A DNA stretch of 37,908 nucleotides from Klebsormidium nitens (Eukaryota; Plantae; Klebsormidiophyceae), in the NCBI GenBank assembly GCA_000708835.1, contig DF237136.1, forward strand, positions 1-37,908, given 5' to 3'. The notes below the pieces were generated by a model. That model had not been told where the DNA came from. It did not search any database and saw only the letters and a list, made by a program, of their open reading frames with translations. The translations under genes were made by a program, and so were the position numbers. Position 1 is the first letter of the stretch. Every line of letters begins with the position of its first letter. Of this stretch, positions 11,722-24,495 are shown one piece after another.

Positions 11722-13378
11722 CACATGTCATGTATACGGATCCCAGACCGTGCAGTTCCTCGGAGTACGGCGTGCTACCACCGCACTGGTACCGCGGTGG
11801 TACCGCACACCGTTCGCGGTGCGTGCTCGGTGCCAACGTGCCCGGTACATGCAGTCGAGATATTTTGGCACGCGATCTCTCAAGACGTCGATCGGGACAT
11901 GTACAGTGCCAATGCGCAAACAGTGGACAGGTTGTCAGATGTTACGTACAACTCACTGGAGATTTCGTATATTTCGGGGCCTCCTGACCTCCGTGGAGAT
12001 ATCTGTTCAATGTTGCACTCGGAGTTGACTATCGGGCACTGCTTGATCTGAATTTTTGCCCTCAATAGTCACTGCTGACTCTCCGAACGATGCTCGGGGT
12101 TGGTGAGCTCGGTTCGAGCGCGGTTCATGCGCGTCTGCCGTTCTAGGTACCTATGTACAAAATTGAGTACCATTTCATGAACGGTGTACCGGTACCTAGC
12201 TAAGTAGGTCTGGACTCTGGTGGTCTGCGTGCAGGCACTGGGTACCGTACTGGTAGGCATACACTGCCATACAGGGTACCTGGGTTCAGCATTGTGCCTA
12301 CCGTCCTGTACCTATGGTACCTACGACCCGCCTCGGCCTCAGCCTTCAGGCCGCGTAGGTACGGTACCTTACTCACAATTTACTTACCTAGCGTTGGCCC
12401 GGTACCGAGTACCGTTGGAACTAGGACTAGGAATCCTAACTTTCATCAGACTCGTCAGTTTGAATTCGGAGTGCGAGCAACGACTCTCTTTCAGGATTCC
12501 AGGCATCCACATAAACCGTCGATGTAATATGTGAGCCATATCCAACGGCGATTCGTCCCTGTCAAAGCTGCAACCCTAATTATCAACTTGACCAAGCTCG
12601 AGCTGGCTGCTCCAGTCTGCTCAAGCTTATAGTCCTAGCTAGCCACGACTGCCACGATGACCATCAAGATAGTTGAGCGTCACCCACAGCAGCTGGTCTC
12701 TTGATTATTAATTGCTCCAAGATGGCGCTTCTAACTTATTTATCATGGTTTTGGCAATTGCTACTTAAAGCCTGTGTGTACCAATGTGCTGAATGTGAAA
12801 TTTGAAAAGTTTGAGCTTCAAGTTTCATGATTTGTCACCTTTGTGCTCAGTCCAAATCAGTCTGTCATTGCCAACTTCCGAAATGTCTCAGCTCCATGCA
12901 TTTTCCAAAGAGGTATGGGGAAGTCTTGGGAATCTTTAGGAAGGCCCCAAAAACATGTTGAGCTGAAAGTATGTCAAAACGATTTTTGGAGGCCGAACCG
13001 CAAGTACATTTGCATTCATAGCACATTGGATAGGGCGCCTGCAACTTAAATTGAGAGAGCCGCATGATCGGAAAGAAGCGCTTTGAAGGTAGCCATTCTG
13101 CCATTGCTTTGCAAGGATTTCGCTGCTTGGAAGCCATACTTGTGTGGTGTCTCCATGCGCTCTCTTTGGACCCTCTTTTTGCAACATGCAGGCAGTACGA
13201 TGCCTCTGTACTCGATCCGTACTAGGACCTCGGAGGTACCATACGGGCATCATGAAGTCACCACCAGGTACCGGCGATGCGTACCGTCGATTGAGCTGTA
13301 CTTGCGTACAAGTACCGTGCAGTCTACGCGCCGGTACCACGCAAATTTGGCCGGGGACTTCCGCGTACGTGACATGTG
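11722..13378. mobile_element. Candidate non-autonomous CMC/EnSpm-like DNA transposon (1657 bp)
   Basis: TIR cacatgtcatgtatacgga versus the reverse complement of the right end, cacatgtcacgtacgcgga (16/19; all mismatches are transitions). CAC...GTG termini, AA on both flanks, and GTAC-motif clusters toward both ends. No transposase recognised. Confidence 0.55.
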
Positions 13379-15515
13379 AAGCTAGTAGCTATTTAATTGT
13401 CACATTAATCTTGATAGTACGGGGCCGCCACCTTGACTCAGAAACAATCATCTAGCACATATGAGCCCCATATGTGATCGTGATAGAGAATGAGTTGAAG
13501 GCGTATATGTCCAATCGTCGCATATGTCCCGGCTCAGGCATGTGTCGGAACAAGATGAAGCGATCACATTTTTGCATGAAAATGTAGATGTCCATGCTTC
13601 AACCCGGTAAACATACATTGAACTTGCCATGGAAACGTACATGCACTGCATGATAAGTACATGTGGCACATAAAATGAAACTCAAGAGCGCCATACAGAT
13701 TTTATGCCCAAGCCTGCATGACAAAATGTTTTTCGATAAACCTGCTTATCGTGTCGACATGTATAGGTCGAAGCTTGACATCTAAGTACCATTAGCCTCG
13801 ATAGCATATAGTATGCACACATGCATTACAGCAATGATTAATTGTAGGGGACACGAACCGGAAAGTGCAAACTAAAAACGTTCATGCTCCTCAAGCTAGA
13901 AATAGATGCAAAACATTTTCCCAAAGCTCTTGTCGAGTGAGTGCCTATATCGCGCGATGGTGACTTCTCATTTGTTAACGCCCTTAGCCACATTAGAGCC
14001 ATGGAGCACGGTCTTTGGCAGTCCCGGGATAGTTTGTTGAATCTACAGCTCGCTACGATTGTAAGTCTTGTCCGGCGATCAATGAGAGAAACGGTAATGG
14101 CAAATTAATAATGAGCACGAATTATTGTTTTAACATGTCATTTATTGCTCGAAGTAACCTTGAAGCAAAGCCTCAATTCAAAACAACTCAGATCTGCGTG
14201 CATTGACAACAAAAAATATCCCAACACGGACTACAATCGCAGATATACAAATTCGGAATATGTCTGACTAGCTCTTTTCTATGTCCCAGAATCGCAAATG
14301 TACAGGTTTCGAACTCCTCGCTATATGTAAGACGGTAATCACCCTCAGCTATGTTCCTTCCCTTTGCTTTGATTTAAATTCTTCACGAAAGCGTCCGTGT
14401 AAGTTTGAATGTCGTTCATTGTTTCGTGTACTAGAGAAGTTAAAATATGCTGTACATAGAATCCTGCACAAGTTCGGGAGCAAAACAACATAAGCTACAG
14501 ATTGACGAAGTATCATGTATGTTCCACAAAAGTCGGGACAAAAGGCAAAACATCAAGCTTGCTTAATAACGATGGTCAGATTCTCAGAATCCAAGCACAA
14601 CCTTTCATCATCTGGAAGCTCGGTACTTGCAAACAGCATGTTTCAGCTCAATAACATCTGGCTTGCTTATCGAAAGAGGAAAGAGCTTCAAGAACGATCC
14701 TTCTCCTTCTCGGACGCAAGTCTCGAAACAAAGCGCGGTCTAAAACGGGGTATTGTAGCAAAGATCAGGCGTACCTGCCGGACCTGGGGCAGCTATTGAA
14801 GGGCGGGCCCTTTGCTTGAGCGTCAACCGCGAAGTGCTTCCAGCGTGCTTGTCTCCTACTCCGGGACCTACCGGTTCCACTTGGAACATACCATTGAAGT
14901 CTTGCATGAACCCCGGCCTAGCTCTGAAGAGAACCAAGAGTACAAAGTCAAACGGCAAGCTAGAAGAAAACGAGACGAGGTGAGGAGGGAAAGTCAAAAT
15001 TGGACCGCAGAGCAGATTGACCAGATATCGCAGATCTACATGCGTTCTTTATGATATGAAACGGGTCAAGAATACCAGATCGGACAACGCAGATACTCCA
15101 ATGATCCAGCGCGATCCGGCCTAGCCCTCACCACCGTACTCTGACAATTCTCGAAGGACTTGAACACAACAAAAAGCACTTGAACACAACAAAGTTCGTC
15201 AGTTTTGACTCGTCAACTGGTAGTATAGAAGCGTCAAGATTGCAAACCCGTTGCCTCTCAAAGCACAAGACCGTGCATCTCAGGGATGCCGTCACACTAA
15301 ATGGAGTTTCGTAAAATAGCAGAATTCTTCTCCAAGGTTGCTCAGCCCGTACTGTCAGACTGACAAAGCTTGAGCACAGCGCACAATAACAAGTGAAAAG
15401 CCTCCTCAAGCACTGTAAAATGTTGTGGTTCATTGGACAATACAAAAGAACACGCAATCATAGACTGTACAGGGTGCCATACGAACCGAGGATGAACTAA
15501 ATGAGGGCAACTCAC

Positions 15516-17764
15516 AAGTCGAATGTGATTGATCTCTTGACAGGGTCCTCATTCACCCAAAGCTGAGACAGGAACGTTCCATTGAACATCATACACTTCC
15601 ACCGCTGCCGTTGGTGCAAAAGCTTCTTCCCGTCTTTGTGTTCAATCTGCCGGCACATGAGGCGAACTTTTGAGATCCACGAAGTTTGACCGTTCGAGCA
15701 GAAAGCAAACCAGATTTGAGTATAAGGCAGACTGGTGCAAAATGCCGTTTCATCCAGCGCCACCCGTGCTTTCACACCCGCTGCGTCAAGGCCTTTCCTC
15801 AACGACGAAAACCCAGCCAAAGCCGTTCAAATGCTTCTAATACATTCACTGGCATTGAGCAAGCTTGCCTACTCCCCGACGTCTGCGCGTGCCAACGCCT
15901 GCGCGCAGTCCTATTGTAATGCATGATATCCACACGGACAGACAGACGTGCAAGCCCACCTTGGCTCCAGCAATTGAGCGGAAGACGTTCTTGGAGTTCT
16001 CGTGGTTTGCTAGGATGCTGTACACTGTGTCGGCACTGGCGTTGATATCTTGTGTCGCCAAAACTTCAAACACCTGGGCCTGTAAGGGATTGGACATGCG
16101 TCTCATGAATTCCAGAAATGAAGCTTTCTTGGCAGAAGCGGAACAAGTGCGCAAGCTGGAAACATGGTCAGGCAATGGCAAAATAGTCATGGACTATTTT
16201 TGTGGATTCAATCAAACCTTCCATGGTGTTCCTCTGATGACACTCTACTAGGTAGGCAGAAAACTAGCTGAAACCGGCCGCACGAGGTCAATCTGATATG
16301 AATTGGAAATAATCTCAATAGACTATCAACTTGAGATGAATAAACAGATGAATGTCTTGAAATGAGTAAGGTGAGGAATAAACCCAATTGGTTCTGCTCC
16401 GAGTTTGGTGTCAGACTTGAGGGGTCGACACCAACTTTTGACCTGCCTCCAAAGGCGTTCCCTTCGAGCCTTACTGCTAAAAGGGCCTGAGAGTGAGGCA
16501 GGGCCTAACTAAATCACCACAGTGTTTGGCACCATTGTTGCTTTGCTTAGCAGTGATTCAAAAACATAAGTGGCAAGAAGAAGTCAATTTGCCCTACCAG
16601 AATCCTGATATATGAAAGTTTACCTGGCCCGTTTCGTCCTTAGGCTTCCACACTCGAACATGTGGCTCCAGTGCACCCCGCCGGTCAATGAGAAAGGGCC
16701 GCCCATGAACAACTCGCACCTTGCCCACATTCCTGTAAGACCACCGCGAGTGAGACAGACGCAGCAAGCACCACCACTTCTCATTTCCACCTTCACGCGT
16801 TATGAAGTCTTACGTACAGGCACATAGTACTATGTTTCCCAGATTCCATTTAAAAGTTGTACAAACGAACAATAGAACCTGCAATGAGTCTGTTAACCAT
16901 CATAATGACTCCTTCCAGGTTTTTGAAAGATCTAATGATTCGCTTTCCAGATCACTAACAGCACAACTCTGACTTGGAGGGAATCGGGCAGGAATCCACT
17001 GCCGATTACGATTTCAGGTTTGCACGCAGTCAAACACATGGTCATTGTCAGATTGCTTGCAGACTTTTTGGTTGGTGGTGGCCCGCAGACATGCTCCTAT
17101 AACCCTTGTGTCCATTGACTGTTCTACCTGGATAGACGAACTTCACCGACGCATTGGCTGGCATTGACAAAGACAAAAATACACTAGGATACATTCCCAA
17201 CAGACGCCTTCATCATAGTGTGGCATTCTCAACCAAGCATTGAACACAGCCACGTCCTAATGGAGCTGAAAAATGCTCACCAATAGCTGGAGTTGCTGTT
17301 TACTTTGCTAGACCTCCACGCTGCATGTGCCTATCTTTCAACAGGTTGACCAGACCTGTATGTTTTGACAGCGATTTGAATCATCCTCTGATCGACAGCA
17401 CTTCAGATAAACATTCATGATGAAGAAGGCCAATTGCGTGCACTCACCTCTGCAATAATTTCCCAACACTCTCATAGCGGGGCACTCCAGTGATGTCCAA
17501 CCCAAACTCCTTCAAACGCTCCACAACGTGTTTCTTTCTGTTGCTCTGGAAGTGCATTGTTCTCTCCACATCTGGAGACATAGCGCATGTGCCGCAAATG
17601 TTGAAAGGCAGGTCTCCCCCTGCCCTTTGACTGCTTGCACGCAGAACCCTGTTGCTGAACGGGCTCAGCTGCTTCAAGGCTGCATGCACTGATGCAGTGC
17701 TATACAGTGCTAGGAAGCCGCCAAGGCCAGCAATGAAACATCGATTACTTTTTCTGGGGGGCAT
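15516..17764 (-). CDS. SRPBCC/START polyketide cyclase-dehydrase-like protein (partial model, 3' end unresolved)
   Basis: Phase-consistent exons 17764-17448, 16732-16624, 16079-15960 and 15646-15516 with GT-AG sites. Core peptide EPHVRVWKP...VFEVLATQDINASADTVYSILANHENSKNVFRSI...KLLHQRQRWKCMMFNGTFLSQLWVNEDPVKRSITFDL resembles plant and algal Polyketide_cyc family members (recalled, not searched). Confidence 0.6.
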
Positions 17765-17992
17765 CTCACGTGCTTCGACTTGACTTGCACAGAAAGTTGA
17801 AACCCTAATCTGACACGCGGTGTCTGCAGCAGGGCTGCAGAAGCCTGAGAAGGGCTCTGAACGGTACCTAGTTCGACGACGAAAGGGCGCTGCATGGTGA
17901 ATGCGAAGCGATAGAATTTTAAAAGCTGGCTGAGGTTGCTTCAAGGGCGTGAATCATAAGAAACATAGGCCTAGAAGCTCATTGCTGGCAGC
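17765..17992. promoter_or_regulatory. Probable bidirectional promoter and 5' UTR region with a telo-box
   Basis: Divergent ATGs at 17764 (-) and 17993 (+) are separated by only 228 bp. AAACCCTAA at 17800-17808. Confidence 0.5.
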
Positions 17993-20900
17993 ATGTCGGG
18001 GGCTGCAGTGGCTGCTGTTGCCGGTGCAGGTATGAGCCCTATGTCTTGTTTTACTGAAGAACAGTCTATTGATTGAGGCAGTATCTTATCTGACACGTTC
18101 ACCTCAGATGCTAGACGTTCGCTTCTTCTGATCGTATCAACCGTTCAACCGTTCCTTGATAGTACCACTCGAACTTGCAGGCGGCGGGATCCTTGCGCAG
18201 GTTGTGACATACCCCTTGCAAACTGTGAGTCACCTCTGCTACTGATCTGAGCATGCTCATCTATCATATGACCACTGATGTTTCATCTTGCATCGCATGT
18301 TTGATGGTCTCTCAAGGATTGTCCAGCTTGGCATTCTCTGTATCTAGAGCACAACTTTCATACGGAAGCGGAAGGTTTGATGTGGTCAATTCTTGCAGGT
18401 CAACACCAGACAGCAAACAGAGAGAAAGCTCCTGAGGCTTCCCGATGCAGATGTTACCCCATCTGAAGCATCAAAAACCACTTTGCAGCAGTTTATAAAG
18501 GTAAAACCGCTGAACCAAAGTAGTTTTGGTGGTCAATTGGGTTTCTGCCAGAGCTGCATGGGAGGATTGTGCTGATGGAAGATGGATATGCATTCATTCA
18601 CTGATTGCTAGTGTTGTCCAGGGCATGAGACCGCTCATGTTGATTGCCTGATGGTGGTGCATCTGTTGTGAGCAGATTATCAATGAAGAAGGGCCCAGTT
18701 CTCTGTATCAGGTACGCTTTTAGGCATTATGGCAGCTGCGGCTCTTGAACATGAACTTGCTGATTGATTCTTTATTAAGTTTGAACCCATATCTTACGAG
18801 GCAGCTCAGGCTTCGTTGCAGTTCTGAAGCAATGATGAGCAGTCACGAAGTCCAGGAAAAGCTGTCGCCTTTCTTCCTGCTTTAACCGAACTTGATCTGC
18901 CCCACTTCTGCTGAGGGGCGAGTGGTTGCATCGCTCCTGTTGTATATTGTCTGGAGTTCTGGACACGCAAGAAGCTGGCATTTCCCACGAGATACCCGAG
19001 GATTCATCTCACTCTGTCAATTTCTGCGTGATTGATTCTCTCAGGGCTTGGGAAGTTCCATCGTGGGAACTGCACTTTCTCAGGTGAGGCATTCGCCACG
19101 ATCCAGAATGGATCGGACCCTTTTTTTGGAATGATGTTACGTTCTTATAAGATGTTCTGTGAAAAACATGCTTACTGTTTACAGTGATCCAAGGGCAGAT
19201 TGCAAGAATCGCTTATCATGTTGTGGTGGAGCTCAAGCAGACACTGGGCCTGATTTGTCGTAATTACAACTGTTTGCTGAGTCATTTTTGAAAGTTCTTT
19301 GTCATAGGGAATATACTACGGAGTGTACCAAATGGGCCGTGATTGGGCGACCAACAAGAACAAGAAGAGTATTGGCACGTTGACAAGCCTTGCGGTCGCC
19401 GCTCTTAGTGGGTGAGTGGCCTGGTCAATCTACCTTCCTCAAAGAACCCTCCCAACCCCCATCACCCACCACTGTTTGAAAAGAACACGTTCACTTTGCT
19501 GTGGACTTAATTTGCTGCAGCTTTCTTCCGGATGCTCCTGCGAAAGAGGCGTTGACATGGTGAGCAGAAGCAGGAAGCGGGAAAACCGCTTTTGGATATC
19601 CTTTGCACGTTCAAATCGCAGCAATCTTGGCCAAGTTATCGATGACAGTGGCATCAAGCTCATTAACCTGTTCCTGCCTCCTTGCTAGGTGCGTCAATGT
19701 GCTGCTGACTACACCAATATGGGTTGTGGTAACACGGCTGCAGGTACAAAGCTCGTCTTCTTGCTCTGCAAACCAGCATCGGCAGGGCATCCCCTTGCTG
19801 CAGAAAGTTCGTGTTCAAAAGTAGGAGTCTTATGCTTGGGACGTTGAGAATCTGCTCACTCCGTCTGCCTGACTGCTTCTTCCCCCTCCTGGGTCAAGCT
19901 CGATATATCACTTCAAATGCAGACCGAGAAGCAAGCACGGAAGGCCAAGCTGCGAAGACTCTCAGAAGCTGCTGGCCGATACGAGCTCGAAACGGGAGTT
20001 CGAGACAGGAGCTTTGTTGAGAAACCGGTAACTACGGCAGGCGCGGTGAGTACTGGCCCTAACTGTTTCGTCGATGGTAGGTTGGATCCATGGTGACGGG
20101 CTGCTCAAGTCGCTAAACAAGGATGACAGGTCGGGCTCGGGTGTTCGTAACGAAACGCCTGTCTTGTGCAGGTTGCTGAGATGTACAAGGAGGCGGGCCT
20201 TCTAGGTTTTTGGAAAGGTGTTTTACCTGCGCTGATCATGGTGAGCACCTTCGACTTCGAGAAGCGTTGTGCCGCTGACTTGCTCGGATGTTACGGGCTC
20301 GATCACTCGCTGAGAAGAATCGGTCATCCTCATGATGTTCAAGCTGATGATGCCTTTGAAAAGCTGGAAAGGCCCAATGGACATGTTGCATCTGGACCTG
20401 CTGATAGAAGTTGACCAGATCCGAGTGATAATGACACTTTGTTTTGCAGGTTAGCAATCCAGCAATTCAGTTCATGATTTACGAAGCGCTGCTAGAGCGA
20501 CTGACTGCAAAGAGGCGGTTGAATAAAGCAGGGTTCAAGAACATTTCTGCCTCAGAGGTGAGGACTGCGTTGCGGCTGTCCTTACCGACATCTGTTGGAG
20601 ATATCGTTTTGGTTTGCTTCCCCCGCACCCGCTTCTTGAGCTGCAAGCACTCAAGGCGCCTCGTGTTCTTTGTGCATCTCACTCTTGCCTCCTTCCGTCC
20701 GTGCCCTCACAGCCCGGCGATTCCTTGCAGGTGTTTATGCTCGGCTCCGTGGCCAAGCTGGGCGCAACGCTGGTCACGTACCCGCTCCTAGTCATCAAGG
20801 TGCTTCTTCACCACACCTGAGCATACGGGCAAGGAGGGAGTGAAGGTCGTGCTTGTGAATACGTGCACTACCTATCGCATCGTCAATCTTCGAGGCCGAG

Positions 20901-21514
20901 CCCTGGTTTTTGGCAACCTTTACTGACGGTGCCCCCCGGTTCATTTGCAGTCGAGGTTACAAGCGAAGCAGGATATTGGGACGGACGACTCGTTGCAGTA
21001 TACTGGTGAGTACTCTGACTGACGCTTGGGTCTCGTGCACTCGGACATAATGTGTGACCAGCTGCGGACCTACTTCGAATCGGTCTAGGTAGGAAGCTGA
21101 AGAGAGTCCTCAGGTGCCGACATGCAAGAAGCACCTGCCGCTCTATCGTGCCGCTGGAGTTTGACCAAATCCGTCTTGGTCGCAGGGACCCTTGATGCTG
21201 TGGCCAAGATGGTGAAGCACGAAGGGTTTCTCAGCTTCTACAAGGTAGGCACCTCCTTTCCAGACGTGCGTCGCTTGGGAAGGCACCAGCTGCCTTGCAA
21301 TCAGCTTTATCCCCTGAGATGTCTCTTGTGGCCCTGCGTTCGCCAACTCGTTAACGCTTCTTCTTCGGTCCTCGTTTGTCCTCGACAGGGGATGGACCTC
21401 AAGATCGTGCAAAGTGTCCTGGCTGCCGCCATTCTTTTCATGACCAAGGAAGAGCTCGTCAAGCTCGCGTTCGTACTGCTGAGGTCCAACAAGGGGCGGA
21501 AGCTACCAGCTTAA
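17993..21514 (+). CDS. PXN: Peroxisomal NAD/adenine nucleotide carrier (mitochondrial carrier family, PXN/SLC25A17-like), 14 exons, ~341 aa
   Basis: Exons 17993-18029, 18181-18224, 18399-18500, 18676-18711, 19045-19083, 19308-19411, 19689-19743, 19923-20045, 20172-20240, 20450-20557, 20731-20799, 20951-21005, 21186-21244, 21389-21514, all GT-AG and in phase. Peptides AGAGGGILAQVVTYPLQTVNTRQQTER, TTPIWVVVTRLQ, FWKGVLPALIMVSNPAIQFMIYE, AKLGATLVTYPLLVIKSRLQAKQ and KIVQSVLAAAILFMTKEEL are near-identical to plant PXN. Confidence 0.95.
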
Positions 21515-22483
21515 CGTGACAACCTAGCAAGCCCATGTCCGCCAATGGCACCCGAGAGAGATCAGAAGGCTGGTGACAGCAAGGTTATAATCTGTAAAAT
21601 ACCGAACTTTGCGATCCAATAAGGACTTTGCATGATTCTGGAAAAAAGAAAGCAAGGCCCCGCTCAAATAGACTCGGCTCCTATCGTATGTCCTAGAATG
21701 TCCATGTGCGCACCAGTATTGGTATTCAACCACGGCATAGTTGCATTCGATGTTTTACCCGGTGTGCTGTATCTTTTTGACTTGCTTCGTTGCTGGAATG
21801 TCGTCAAGGAATCGTCGATTGCTTACAGTCGTCTGCCCAGCCCTAATTTCACCAAATGTTGATGAAGCTCGATCAGAATGAAAAGCTACCACTGCATTCT
21901 AATTGAATGTGCACGCGTTACTTTGGCCGCCATGACCATGGCCCAGCCCGAATGCGAAAGAAGTCTATATTATGAGATAGTACTCTACCATCATGTGATA
22001 TGGAGACTGGAAATCATTCATTGACGTGTTCAGTGACATGCAGGCGTATATGTTGCACGCTATGTAGTTGTGCCCGCGACTTGCGTACACGTGCTGCATC
22101 ATGTGTGCATTCAACGGATTGGTGGATGCATTCGTTGTTCCCACCGCATTTATCCCTGACCCGTGCGTCTTTACATATATGGTTGTGCATTATGTCGAGG
22201 CTGCTCAGATGTGCGTTCCTAAAGCCTGCTAGCTCAGCAAGCATGACATCACCAACCATTAGTGCTTCTGGAGATAGCCTTAACAGGATGCTCGAAAGCT
22301 ACCGTCATGCTTCAGCCGTTTGAGGATCACTCGCAAGGTGGGTTCAGCAGCATTCCACAGGCACTGAAGAAGCATTGCAACCTGATAAAAGGGTGCATTC
22401 AGAGAACGGCAAGCAAGCGGAGACAGTCAATACAATCAATATACAATAACAGAAAGTTGGTGAGACGGTGCTTCATTGGCGAC

Positions 22484-24495
22484 CTAGTCCTTCATCTCGG
22501 AAGTATCTTTCCCCTCGGCACCCTCAGTTTCCGTCTTCGCTTCCGTCTCCATCTTCGCTTCCGCCTCCTGCTTGGGGTCAGGAACGGCGTAGTACTTGTA
22601 GTGCAGCTCCCCCACGTCGTCCCCGCTCACCTTGGTCCACCCGTCCTTGCCCACGTGGTACACTGCACCACCAGCACACCCGCTCAGACACGCACGCTTC
22701 GCCGCTGGCAGAACCCAGCTAGCTGTAGCCATTAGGTGCTTGAAACAAGGGCGCTTCAACAGAGCGAAACAGAGTGTAACAGGGCGCCGCTACAGCAGAA
22801 CACCACCTCGACCACTCACCGCTGACGGTGCCCCCGCTGTAGGCGTCCCGGAAGGTGGCGTGGTAGATGGCGCGCCGCCCCAGCTCCTGCGCATCTTCGC
22901 GGCTCATGTTCCACTGGTACCTGAAGCGCACATCAGCAGATCAGAAAGATCAGCAGAATAGCAGATTAGCAGATCAGGCAGATTAGCAGATTAGCCCGCG
23001 CCACGCCCCCAACCCCGTGCCACAAACGACAGCAAGCCGACAACTGGGTGTGTCTGTCGCCCGCTGCTTTCAGAGGTTGCAGCGGCAGTGTGCAGGGCGG
23101 CCTGGCCGGCCTGGCGGGCTCACCCTGTGTCCAGAACCCCATACGCATACGTGGACCCCGAGCCCACCGAGAAGCGCTTCCCTCGGACACGTGAACCCTC
23201 GCTGTCGACATAGAACAGACCCGGCCCCTGCAAACGCAGCAGGGTACACCTTCAGGGACAGCCATGTGGATACATCTAGAGCAGCCTGCCCCTGCACACC
23301 TGCTAGCGGGAGCGAGGGCGACTGGGACTGAGAGAGCTCCAGTAAACGCCCCTGAGCGACTTGGAACACGCAGGACTCTCCTCCTCTACCGGGGCTGCTT
23401 TCAGCACTCGCCCATATTGTCCCGTGGCCCAAGGCCATCCAAATGCAGCCGTTGCTCAGGCGACAGTAGGGTGGAGGGGCCAGCGTACCGTCTCATCCCA
23501 CCCCGCGACCATGGTCCCCTGCACAAGCCCAAAACCACTGGTGAGACACTGAAGAGGATGTGAAGCCTCACGTGCAGACACATGAAGTGGTGTAATCAGA
23601 CAGGAAACTCTTCCCAATCACTGGACAGCAGCGTACCAAAGTGGCGGAGGGCGATGGCTGACCATTGAGAGGCCCATTCCCTTGTAGCCGTATAGCGTGT
23701 TGGCCAGCAGCTTGGACGCGCCGGTCACACTGATGCGCTTCTTGTTGGCCAGCTCGTGCAGCCGGCACTGCACACCACGCACAGCAGGCGCACGTCAGAA
23801 AGAAGCGGTGCCAGGGTCCAAAAAGGGCAGCTGACGCGGTGCAGCCCCTCATGTGCTGACCACAGTGCGCAAAGGGGCCTGCCCGCACGCCTCTCCCCAG
23901 AAGCGCCCTGCTCAACCTGGCTGGATGCAGCACGTTCTGCCGGGGGGCATGGCTGCGTACACTGACCTGGATGCCGAGGTCCCGCTGCCAGAACTGACAG
24001 TCAGCGGCGCCACCGGCCATGGTCCCCAGCAGGTACGGGTTGATCTCAATCACCTTCTTGACCGTCTGGGACGCTGCACAACACAACAGCAGGACGGCCA
24101 TGTCAGAAGAGAGAATCAAGTGCCTTGCCCTTCTTGACACACTTTTTGACAGCCATCCCCAGATTATCGCAAGTCGCTGCCCTGTTGGCGCAAGGCCCCC
24201 TTTTCACAGCATCGCCCATCGAAAGACTCGTGACGCCAGTAAATCATAATACTTTGCGAGCAAGAAGAAAACGCCAAGTGTTGGAGATTCACAACCAATC
24301 GGCGAAGTGACGTGGATTCGCGACGGATGAAGTAGTGCTGCTGGATGCGCCGGTGGCAGGCTCACAGATGTAGGGTCCCATGCTGGCGCGCGAGTCCACG
24401 GCCACCACCACCCCGTGCTGGTAGATGAAGGCCAACGTGGTGGTGCCGTGCGCCGGCTTCACCAGGTCCACCGCCGCAGCCTCAAAGCCATCGAG
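22484..24495 (-). CDS. PSMB5: 20S proteasome subunit beta type-5 (PBE); the first exon probably lies at ~24600-24765 and is unresolved
   Basis: Exons 24495-24366, 24073-23967, 23767-23663, 23518-23489, 23227-23124, 22920-22820, 22662-22484, all in phase. Motifs: AHG-TTTLAF (catalytic Thr1), [69 protein letters not shown]. Confidence 0.96.
22931..22995. repeat. Degenerate 8-bp tandem repeat (GAT[C/T]AGCA) in a proteasome-gene intron
   Basis: catcagcagatcagaaagatcagcagaatagcagattagcagatcaggcagattagcagattagc. Confidence 0.8.

Noticed and set aside
13456-13476. 8-bp-stem hairpin cacatatg-agccc-catatgtg
   Set aside because: A short palindrome expected by chance in CATG/CATATG-rich DNA, with no Helitron-type or terminator context.
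14515-15054. Two in-frame plus-strand ORFs separated by one TGA
   Set aside because: No family motifs; it lies antisense to the probable 3' region of the START gene.
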